A stretch of 64,000 nucleotides of DNA from a candidate division FCPU426 bacterium. Lineage in GTDB: Bacteria; Oederibacteriota; Muellerivitia; Muellerivitales; Muellerivitaceae. Position 1 is the first letter of the stretch; the number at the start of each line of letters is the position of its first letter. The notes under the pieces were generated by a model that had not been told where the DNA came from, did not search any database, and saw nothing but the letters and a program-made list of their open reading frames with translations. Location: the NCBI GenBank assembly GCA_963796105.1, contig CAWCKJ010000002.1, positions 421,785-485,784 on the forward strand, given 5' to 3'. Positions 56,244-64,000 of this stretch are shown one piece after another. The position numbers and the translations under genes were made by a program.

Positions 56244-58374
56244 ATTTATGGTTTCGGCTTTGTGAACGCTTATTGTTTGAAATTTTTTGCTCCAGTTCGT
56301 CAAGATCTTCTTTCGCGTTGCTCAAATCCAGGGGCGTTTTTATCGCCCGCTTGAAATCCTTGATGGCTTCCCCATAACGGCCAACCCGTTCCATTAAAAC
56401 TCCCTGGTCATCGAGAAGGTGGGGAAGGGGATAACCGTGTGCCAGCGCCTGCTGAACAGCTTTCGAGGCTTTTTTGTCATCCCCGTTCATCTTCGCGAGA
56501 AAGATCATTTTTTCCCAGAAACAGGATTCCAGGAAGGGGTCGCCCTTCATGAGGGGATAAAGTGAAAGCAATTTGCCTTCCAATCCGGCGCGAACCGAAG
56601 GCTGGAAAGATTCCATCAGCTCAGCGGTGAAAGACTGGAACCCCCGCTCCGCATCCATCCAGCGGGCCATTTCCTTTTCATGGGAGGAGTCCAAGGGAAT
56701 AACTCCCAGCATCCAGGGCTGGTTGTTCGTGGCTCCCTCCTTGTTCAGCCAGTACCACCGGCCTGTAGGGAAGCGGGCCTCCAGGAAAGGTTTGTAGTTG
56801 GCGTTTGCCAATACGGCCACCCAATGAACATCTTTCCATTTAATCGAAGGGTTGTTGGACGCGTCATAGGCGTAAACGGCCGTGGCCAGGGTCACATCGT
56901 TGGGATTGGGCCGGAGATCCTCCAGCACCGCGCCCGGGCCTTTTTCCGCCCTTACTTTTTCCAGGATTTCATAGGCTTCGTAGAGTTCCACTGATTTTAT
57001 GTTCTTCCAAAATGGGCCTGGTTTACCCCAAAGGTCATGATAAGGTCCGTTTAAATGGTGCAAACTCATGGATGCTGACACAGCCAAAATGATCGCCATG
57101 ACCCAGCCCCTTGTTGCCGGTCTTTTAAAGGGCCAGGAAACCCAAAGTTCCTGGAATCCCAACGCTGAAACCAATGCCAGGAGTGGAATGACCTGGACGT
57201 TCCTGAAGATCTCAAAACCCTTCGCGGCCAGTCCGGGCAGGATGAAAAGCCCGAGTGATAGGAGGAGCCACCTGTGAAAGGGCTCTCGCTTTCTCCTCCA
57301 AACAGATGTCAAGCCAGTGAGGAAAAAAGCCCCGGCGACAGGATCAAGCATGCCGCCCCAGAGGGGGCCATATGCGGATGGATCGGGAGAATACCAGAAG
57401 AGGGAAGCGATTTTTTTAACGGACTCATCCAGGAAAGGGCTCCAGGAAAAGGTTGAAAAGCCAACCGATCGGATGTGGGAACCGTAACCTTCCCGAAGGG
57501 CCGCGAAACAAAAAAGAAATGCGCCGATTGAGAAAGGGGCGAGATAAATCCACAACAACCTACGACGCTCTCCCTTGAAGATGTAGAAGGCTGCGATGGT
57601 GATGGAAAGGGCAACGATGGGCCAACCTGTTCCGGTAAAGAAACCCAGGCCGGCAATTATCCCGAGAAACAACGCCTGTCCCGTTTCCTCAGGCCTCCCC
57701 TTGGCGCTAATACCCAGAAAAAGCAAAGACACCACGGTGAAAAAAAGCATAAGGTACGCCCAAAAGCTGAACTGCGCCGGATAAATAAAAGCGAAATTGA
57801 AGGCGAGAAAGAAAAGCAGGTAAAAAGAAGTGAGGGGGGGGAAGAACTTCCGTGCGCCGGCCCAGCCAACAACTACCGTTAAAAAGGAAACAAGCGCGGG
57901 AAGAAGATGAAGCGATAAGAAAGAAGGGGGAATGGCTTTGTAGAATAATGCGAGGAGCCATTCTGCGAATGGGGGTTCCTGGGTGTAGCTGAAAAAGAAA
58001 TTCCATTGCCACTTCTTACTGAGGGACATGGCGTAATAGGAATAAAGACCGTCATCCGGCATGGGCCATACCGAAAGGGAATTGATGCGCCAAAGCCTGA
58101 GGATAAGGGCCGCGGAGAGGATCAAAAAGACCCCGGAACCAGGAAGAAAGAAATTTTCCGTCGGCGGAGGGAAACGGCCGGCCTGGCTGGAGGACGCGCG
58201 GCGGAGAAACAGCCAGGGAAGAACCAGGCCCAGGATGGCAAGCGCAATTTGGTATTGAAAGCATTGCTGAATGCAAAAGGGCGAGTAGGAAAGCAGGGTG
58301 AGCGTGGCGAGAAATATCGGAAAAGAGAACCAGGGGTTATTAATAAAAATTTTCGAGGGAAATGTGAAAAACAT
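56242..58374 (-). CDS. ArnT/PMT-like (GT-C) glycosyltransferase with C-terminal TPR
   Basis: LILRLW...WPMPDDG, QEPP, multiple TM helices, PMLDP-like segment (GMLDPV), terminal TPR (GRYGEAIKDFKRAI). Confidence 0.75.
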   Translation of the reverse strand: MFFTFPSKIFINNPWFSFPIFLATLTLLSYSPFCIQQCFQYQIALAILGLVLPWLFLRRASSSQAGRFPPPTENFFLPGSGVFLILSAALILRLWRINSLSVWPMPDDGLYSYYAMSLSKKWQWNFFFSYTQEPPFAEWLLALFYKAIPPSFLSLHLLPALVSFLTVVVGWAGARKFFPPLTSFYLLFFLAFNFAFIYPAQFSFWAYLMLFFTVVSLLFLGISAKGRPEETGQALFLGIIAGLGFFTGTGWPIVALSITIAAFYIFKGERRRLLWIYLAPFSIGAFLFCFAALREGYGSHIRSVGFSTFSWSPFLDESVKKIASLFWYSPDPSAYGPLWGGMLDPVAGAFFLTGLTSVWRRKREPFHRWLLLSLGLFILPGLAAKGFEIFRNVQVIPLLALVSALGFQELWVSWPFKRPATRGWVMAIILAVSASMSLHHLNGPYHDLWGKPGPFWKNIKSVELYEAYEILEKVRAEKGPGAVLEDLRPNPNDVTLATAVYAYDASNNPSIKWKDVHWVAVLANANYKPFLEARFPTGRWYWLNKEGATNNQPWMLGVIPLDSSHEKEMARWMDAERGFQSFTAELMESFQPSVRAGLEGKLLSLYPLMKGDPFLESCFWEKMIFLAKMNGDDKKASKAVQQALAHGYPLPHLLDDQGVLMERVGRYGEAIKDFKRAIKTPLDLSNAKEDLDELEQKISNNKRSQSRNHK

Positions 58375-58424
58375 GTCTCTATTTTAAGGTTGCAGGCACA
58401 ACTGTGTACCTGAAAATGTTGCGT

Positions 58425-59495
58425 TTATTTCACGAATTCATTCACCCGGCAACAATTCGCGTAATCCACCACGTACAAGTCGTCCATCGGGTCCAGGGTT
58501 AAATAAGTCGGGGGGCAAGTTTGGATTAACTCCCCGAGGTAAAGGCCTTGCGGAGACGCGTAAACGACACGCTTATTGGTGTCGTCGGAAATGAAAACAT
58601 TTCCCTGCGAATCCGTTCCGACGCCCCAAGGAATTCCCAATTGCGATACGGGAGACCATGCCGAACCGGAAAAGCCGCTTTGGAAAACGTAATTGGGATC
58701 ATAGACGAGGATTCCATTACTGTGGTAATCGGCGGCGAAAATGTTGCCGTGGGCATCGAGCGCCACGTCCAGCGGCCAAACAATCGAGCCGCTTGCCTGC
58801 CTCAAGACTGAGTCGTCCACCCAGGAAAGGTTTACCAGGGCCGCGCCGTAGTAATCCCCGACCAGAAGGTTTCCGCTCGAGTCGATTTTAACGCAGGTGG
58901 GGGCGACCACGCTTCCTTGGCCTGTCCAGGTATAGTCATGGGCGTAGCCGGTCCGCGTGAGATAGTAGCCATTGACCTGGGAGACGCCTAAATCCGCTAC
59001 ATAAAGCTCGCCGTAGGAATCCAGCGTCATGCCCCAGGGCTGGTTTGCCGGGATGCTGTATAGGTATTGTCCATCGTAACTAAAGACCTGGATATTTCCG
59101 AGGGCTGATTGTGGCTGGTCGCCCACAGCGATGAACCCGGCCCCGACCGCGATACCCATTGGAGCTTGGAAATCGCCGTTGATCCCATCAGAGCCCAGCT
59201 GGCCGAATGAAAAGGATAAAGACCAGGCGGTGGTGGGAATGGGCGTAAAGGTTTGGGTGGGAGTCCAGGCCGGAGGCGTGGGTGTCACTGTTGGAGTTTG
59301 GGTAAAGGTGGCTGAGGGAATAGGGGTATGGTTCGCGTTGCGGGTCGGGACCAGGGTGGGGGTATTGGTATTGGTGGGGGTGGGTGAAAAAGTCGGGGTC
59401 GGGGGATTAGGGGGCGAGGATGGGGCGGGGGAGCCGCAACAAATGGAAATACAAACGGCGGTACCCAGAAGCGTGAGCATGAGAAACAATCGCAT
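58425..59495 (-). CDS. NHL-repeat lipoprotein with Thr/Pro linker
   Basis: SD GAGGAGG, signal ending in Cys, TPTP linker, NHL repeats (PMGIAV, PWGMTLD, PLDVALD, PWGVGTD). Confidence 0.8.
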   Translation of the reverse strand: MRLFLMLTLLGTAVCISICCGSPAPSSPPNPPTPTFSPTPTNTNTPTLVPTRNANHTPIPSATFTQTPTVTPTPPAWTPTQTFTPIPTTAWSLSFSFGQLGSDGINGDFQAPMGIAVGAGFIAVGDQPQSALGNIQVFSYDGQYLYSIPANQPWGMTLDSYGELYVADLGVSQVNGYYLTRTGYAHDYTWTGQGSVVAPTCVKIDSSGNLLVGDYYGAALVNLSWVDDSVLRQASGSIVWPLDVALDAHGNIFAADYHSNGILVYDPNYVFQSGFSGSAWSPVSQLGIPWGVGTDSQGNVFISDDTNKRVVYASPQGLYLGELIQTCPPTYLTLDPMDDLYVVDYANCCRVNEFVK

Positions 59496-59598
59496 GAAAT
59501 CCTCCTCGAATAAACGATGACTAATAGGTGGGGAAATTCTATCACTTATCCAAAGGGGAGGTTCAAGGAAAGAAGGCCTTTTGCGGGGAGCCCGTGAT

Positions 59599-60165
59599 CT
59601 AAGGCGAGGAAGAAGCTTCCAGTTCCTGGAGTTTCGGGCCCACCGTGTCGCCGAGCTTGTCCCCCGCGTGGGCCAAAACGAACACGAACGCAATCAGGAC
59701 AACCGCCAGGGCGATGAAAGACCAAAGGTGCCGGGACTCGAAGCGTTTGATGGTCCGGGCGTAGGCCAAAAGCGCGATGACGCCCGCCACCACGATGACC
59801 GCGTCCACGCTCACCCTCTGCCAGTAACTGCCACCCAAGTGGAGCCACATCCCGAACTCGTCAAAGGTAAGGGCCAGGGCCGCCCCGTAAAACATGGCCG
59901 TGAATTCCGCGGCCCTTCCGATGGGACGCCGGAATACGCTGTAGCCTCCCACGAATGAAAGCAGGAAAATACCGTAATTCAAGTGGTGGACATGGGTTCC
60001 TTTTAGGAAGAAATACATATTGGGAATCCAGCCGGACATTATCAGGAAAACATCAATCCGCGCGATGATGAAGAGGAGGAGGAACGTGAACAAGGCCCTC
60101 CGGGCCAGCCGGTGGGTTGTTTCCCGGTGGATATGATGCTCCGGGACCGATTCCAACTTTTCCAT
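59599..60165 (-). CDS. Conserved integral membrane protein
   Basis: HVHHLNYGI and ALTFDEFGMWL motifs; about five TM helices. Confidence 0.75.
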   Translation of the reverse strand: MEKLESVPEHHIHRETTHRLARRALFTFLLLFIIARIDVFLIMSGWIPNMYFFLKGTHVHHLNYGIFLLSFVGGYSVFRRPIGRAAEFTAMFYGAALALTFDEFGMWLHLGGSYWQRVSVDAVIVVAGVIALLAYARTIKRFESRHLWSFIALAVVLIAFVFVLAHAGDKLGDTVGPKLQELEASSSP

Positions 60166-60182
60166 GGGGTTACACCCTCGGT

Positions 60183-60755
60183 TTATTCGACCGCCCGGAT
60201 GAGCTTCAGGGTGTTTTGGTCCTTATGCTCAAACACATCAGGCTTACCCTTGATCTGGATAAAGGTGGTCTGGGAATAGGAAAGAGTCCGGGTGTCGATG
60301 ATCTTCATTTCCACGTCGAAACTCAAGGTTTGGAATTCATCATTGAGGAAGGGGATGGAAAGAATCCCGAAGGATGGGGAACCGAGCTGGGCTGAAAGTT
60401 TGAATGCCTTGGCGTCGGGGTTCACCTTTCCCTCGGCGATGACCGCCACCCCCCGGGGGATGAGGATGCATTTCATGAGCCGGCTTTCCTTTTCCTCCCA
60501 CAGCCAATAGCCGACCTCGTCATGGAAAGGGTCCGCCTCGCCCAGGCGCCAGGCCTGGGTGGAATAGCGCAAGCCGTAAAGGGTTTGCTCATGGTTTTGG
60601 GTCATGCCGGTTGGCTCGAAAACCATGCGTTCGCGGTACTTGTTAGTTTCGGTCCCGCGGTCATCAGAGGGGGCGATGTCATCCCCAGTTTGTCCTTCCC
60701 AAATTCCCGGCAGCGGGGCCAAGGGGCCCAAGTTCTTTAAAAGTGCTTTATCCAT
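60183..60755 (-). CDS. Nitrobindin/FABP-like heme-binding beta-barrel (DUF1794)
   Basis: LGPLAPLPGIWEG, FHDEVGYWLW, IPRG, F.H.D.NTL. Confidence 0.8.
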   Translation of the reverse strand: MDKALLKNLGPLAPLPGIWEGQTGDDIAPSDDRGTETNKYRERMVFEPTGMTQNHEQTLYGLRYSTQAWRLGEADPFHDEVGYWLWEEKESRLMKCILIPRGVAVIAEGKVNPDAKAFKLSAQLGSPSFGILSIPFLNDEFQTLSFDVEMKIIDTRTLSYSQTTFIQIKGKPDVFEHKDQNTLKLIRAVE

Positions 60756-60819
60756 TTTTCAAACCTCCGAGCGGCATTTTAGTGGAAATTAAAAAGAATT
60801 GGCATAAATCCTTAATGCG

Positions 60820-62080
60820 CTAAACAGGGTTTTCAGGCCATTTGTGGCGGGGGTACCGGCGGGACAATTCCTTGCGGATTTGGGGATAGTGCTTTTCCCA
60901 AAATCCCGCCAGGTCGCTAGTGAGCTGGACCGGACGCTTCGCGGGTGAGAGCAGATGAAGCACCACAGGTACCTCGCCTCCCGCCACCGCCGGGCCTTTT
61001 TTCATCCCGAAGAAATCCTGGATGCGGGATTCTCCCCAAGGCGGCTTGCCTTCCTCGTAATGGAGGATGAGTTTCCGGCCTGAGGGCAGGGTTAATTTGG
61101 TGGGCGCCAGTTTTTCCAATAAAGCCTGGTCCTTTGGGGAAAGGCCCGCTTTCAAGGCCGCTACCAAACCGGCGGATTTCAAATCCTCCAGGCTCCGGCA
61201 ACCCTGGCATAAGCCCTTTAAAGTGTTCTGAATGGTTTCCTCGTTGATGAATGGAAAATCCTTGGTCCTTCCCGCGACAAAACGCACTCGGCTCAATAAC
61301 CATTCCAGTTCCTCGGGATCGCAATAGGCTTGGGGCCCAGCCGACAGGGCCTCTTTCAATAAAATGGAAGCGGCTTCGGAACCAAAATCACCTGGGGCCA
61401 AGGGCTTCTCATCCAAGACCAATTGGAAATATTTCAGGCGCTTGAAGCCTTCCACTCGCTTGGATTTTTCGTTCCATTCCAGGTTCTGCTCTTCGGAAAG
61501 GTTCTGGGGCAACAAGTCGAGAAGCCAATCCATCTCGACAGGGCAGAGGGAGCGGGCCTGAACCTGGGTTTGCGTCCCGTGGGTGGTTTCCTGGGCCTCG
61601 ATCACGACGAAAAGCTCATGATGCCTGGTGAGTGAGTTATCGCCCGCTATGGCGGTCCCTCCCCCGCAAAGCAAAAGTTCCCTCTTGCTTGCCGTGGAAT
61701 GGCGGGTGGCAGAGGATTGACCAACGCGGACCAGGGCCACCCTGTCTGGAAACGCCGAAAGAAGGCTTTTGGCTAAAACTGATGTATCGACTGAACCTGA
61801 ATTGGCGGCGCCCTTTGGGGTCTCCAGCTTTAACAAGCCAGCCAGTTGTTCCTCCAACCGTTGGGACTCGTAACTGGGCTTGTATCTTTTCAACTCCTCC
61901 AACAAGTCCTCTGAATCGGCTTTTTCACCGCTGATGAGGGCGGCCAACCGGCAGGCGGAACGGAGCGTACGGGTATCCGTGGGGGCCAGTTCCTCGGCCT
62001 CCATTAGGAACTTGGAAAGGCGCGGATGGAGGGACATATGGGCCATTCTTGCGCCAAGAGGGGTCAGTTTGCCGTCTTCA
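60820..62080 (-). CDS. hrpB: ATP-dependent helicase HrpB, C-terminal part (truncated by chimeric junction)
   Basis: KLTPLGARMAHMSLHPRL, AFPDRVA, LPSGR..LHY, RIQDFFG, LLSPAKRPVQLTSDLAGFW, RYPRHKWPENP. Confidence 0.92.
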
Positions 62081-62107
62081 AGTAGGACCTGAACGAAGTA
62101 GACATAA
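62081..62107 (-). other. Probable Oxford Nanopore ligation-adapter remnant at a chimeric junction
   Basis: Reverse complement reads TTATGTCTACTTCGTTCAGGTCCTACT. The core TACTTCGTTCAG (62089-62100) matches the ONT adapter ...TACTTCGTTCAGTTACGTATTGCT, at the point where hrpB stops and composition changes. Confidence 0.8.
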
Positions 62108-62114
62108 GCACAAC

Positions 62115-63045
62115 CTGCGCATCCGGGTAAAGGCCTCGGGCCAATTTCGCCGACATCATGGCCCGCAAAGAGTCTCTACCCCGACGCGCCGAAGCTTCCC
62201 GCCGTCATCGGCTATGAAGTGTCAGGCGTCGTCGATGCCATTGGACCGGACGTGCCTGACGACTGGCTCGGCAAGGAGGTTCTCGCCTTCACGCGGTTCG
62301 GGGGCTATGCCGACACCGTCATGGTCCCGCTCGGGCAAGCGTTCGAAAAGCCGCCGGGCCTGACCCATGCCGAATGCGCGGCGATCCCTGTCAATTATCT
62401 GACCGCCTGGCAGCTGCTCGTCGTCATGGGCGCGATCGCCGAAGGCGACACCGTGCTGATCCATAATGCCGGCGGCGGCGTGGGGCTCGCCGCGATCGAC
62501 ATCGCCCGGCACAAGGGCGCTCGGATCATCGGAACGGCCAGCGCCCGCAAGCATGAATTCTTGAAATCGCGCGGCTTGGACGAAGCAATCGATTACACGG
62601 CCGGCGGTTGGGGTCCCCGACCTCATGCGGCTGACCGATGGGCGCGGTGCTGAGCTGATCATCGATCCGCTGGGCGGCGGCCATTGGAAGAAAAGCTATA
62701 AGGCGCTGCGCCCCACAGGCCGCCTCGGCATATCGGACATCCCTACCGCGACCGAAGGCGGGCTGCCGGGGCCGCTGAGGCTCTTGCCGATCGCGTCGGC
62801 ACGCCCTGGTTCCACCCGCTGCCGCTGATGGATGCCAATCGCGCCGTGTTCGGCGTCAACCTGGGCTATCTCTGGGACGAGGGCGCGAAGGTGCGTCACT
62901 GGGGCATGAGCTTGCTGCAAGGCGTCGCGGACGGCTGGGTCCGGCCGCATGTGGACCGACCTTTCCGCTCGCGGCTGCGGGCGAGGCGCATGCCTATATC
63001 GAGGCGCGCCGCAACATCGGTAAAGTCGTGCTCGAAGTCCAAGCT
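62115..63045 (+). CDS. MDR/zinc-binding oxidoreductase (VAT-1-like), partial with many indels (foreign fragment)
   Basis: NFADIMAR, GYEVSGVVDA, GGYAD, IPVNYLTAW, HNAGGGVG, RRNIGKVVLE spread over several frames. Confidence 0.75.
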
Positions 63046-63053
63046 TCGAGCAC

Positions 63054-63869
63054 CTATGCCGGGACGAGATCTCGCCCTTGCCGACGCCGCCATATCGCCG
63101 GAGAAACGGCGCATCTTCGCTTTGATGCTTCCCGCGCCCTTGCTCTCTGGCTCCAGCAATTTCGCGAAGACACCGGGGAAGCTCGAAGCGAAAAGGCCCG
63201 AATCCGTGAAAGTCGCGCCCAGCACCGGCGGCTTGGCGAGCGCGATGGTGCCGCGCTTCATCAAATAGCCGGGATGCGCGCCGCAGCGGCCGAGGATCAC
63301 CAGCGTTCCGGCGATCATGCGGCTGCCGGGGCAATCGCCCGTATCGCCTTCGATCACGATCGTGCCACGACGCAGCCGGTCGCCCGACCGAAGCCCAGCG
63401 CTGCCGCGCAGGACCAGCACGCCGCCCGACATGCCCTGCATCTCGCCTTCACGCGGGCCGAGCCGAGAAAATCGCCCGCATCGCCTGGAATCTCCATTGG
63501 CCGCCATTCATGCTGAGCCTGCAAAATACCGACGTTGCCGGAATAATCCTTGCCGCCCGACTTTCACGCCATCGCCATCTATGCCCCGACGTCGCCCAGC
63601 AACGAGATGCGGCCGCTCTCCAGTGCCCTGCCGATGCCGTCGAGCTTATCAAAGCCACCGGCGAATGACGGATATTCTTCCGTTCCGCTCCAGCGCGGAT
63701 CTAAAACAAGTCGCCGACCCTGATTTTTTCTTTGTCGGTTTGCGATATCGATGCGCGGCGATTTGCTCGGGAGCGAGAGCTCTTGCATTTCAGGCAAAGC
63801 GCAGGAGGGCGGAAAGATCGAACACGTTGATCCGGTGCACGCTCTAAGAGTGAAAGTTAGCGCAGTCAC
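63054..63869 (-). CDS. fhcC: Formyltransferase/hydrolase complex subunit C (FwdC-like), many indels (foreign fragment)
   Basis: Start (M)TALTFTLR; GMSGG.LV..G.AG.R.GDRLRRGTIVIEG, GSRMIAGT, GYLMKRGT; end reconstructs as GDMAALGKGEILVPA*. Confidence 0.8.
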
Positions 63870-64000
63870 GCCAGCAATCTCCTTAAATGAAAATGGAAGG
63901 GTCCGAGCTTGCCGCCATAATTGCCGGCGCCGATGCGGAGCGCGCCATTGCGCGGGTCCGAGTCGGACGATGGCGGCAATGCCGGCGCACATCGCATCGG
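63866..64000 (-). CDS. ftr: Formylmethanofuran-H4MPT formyltransferase, C-terminal end (foreign fragment)
   Basis: ...GALRIGAGNYGGKLGPFHFHL...* with a GTGA overlap into fhcC, the usual fhcD-fhcC order. Confidence 0.75.
   Translation of the reverse strand, partial: PMRCAPALPPSSDSDPRNGALRIGAGNYGGKLGPFHFHLRRLLA

Noticed and set aside
62110..64000. Horizontally acquired, decaying C1-metabolism island
   Set aside because: Adapter-like junction, truncated hrpB, raw-read-like indels and no integrase or IS ends point to an artefact.

Overview
Most of the window (1 to ~62080) is chromosome from one diderm bacterium of about 50% GC. Thr-Pro-rich secreted proteins with FlgD-Ig/T9SS-like C-termini and expanded GT-C glycosyltransferases are reminiscent of candidate lineages such as FCPU426, but this is only an inference. 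In order it holds: an autotransporter barrel end; an AbrB-Doc toxin-antitoxin pair; a dihaem cytochrome c; a secretion cluster (3384-aa surface protein, PorV-like barrel with Fn3-like domains, S53 protease split by a C7 frameshift) that also contains a 13-aa poly-Lys micro-gene with its own SD and terminator; a B12 radical SAM enzyme; PPK2; mreBCD-mrdA-rodA; a PfkB kinase with a 131-bp MITE at its stop codon; two aminotransferases; hom-thrC-lysC-cimA-murI behind a structured leader; TlpA, Fur, greA and eno; four ArnT/PMT-like glycosyltransferases, two of them disrupted by IS1595 elements with clean 8-bp TSDs; satP; TPR and NHL proteins; nitrobindin; and the 3' part of hrpB. At ~62081-62107 there is a remnant resembling the Oxford Nanopore ligation adapter. 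After it, an error-rich high-GC fragment (MDR oxidoreductase, fhcC, ftr end; methylotroph-like) follows, almost certainly a chimeric read or assembly artefact. No rRNA, tRNA or CRISPR array was recognised.
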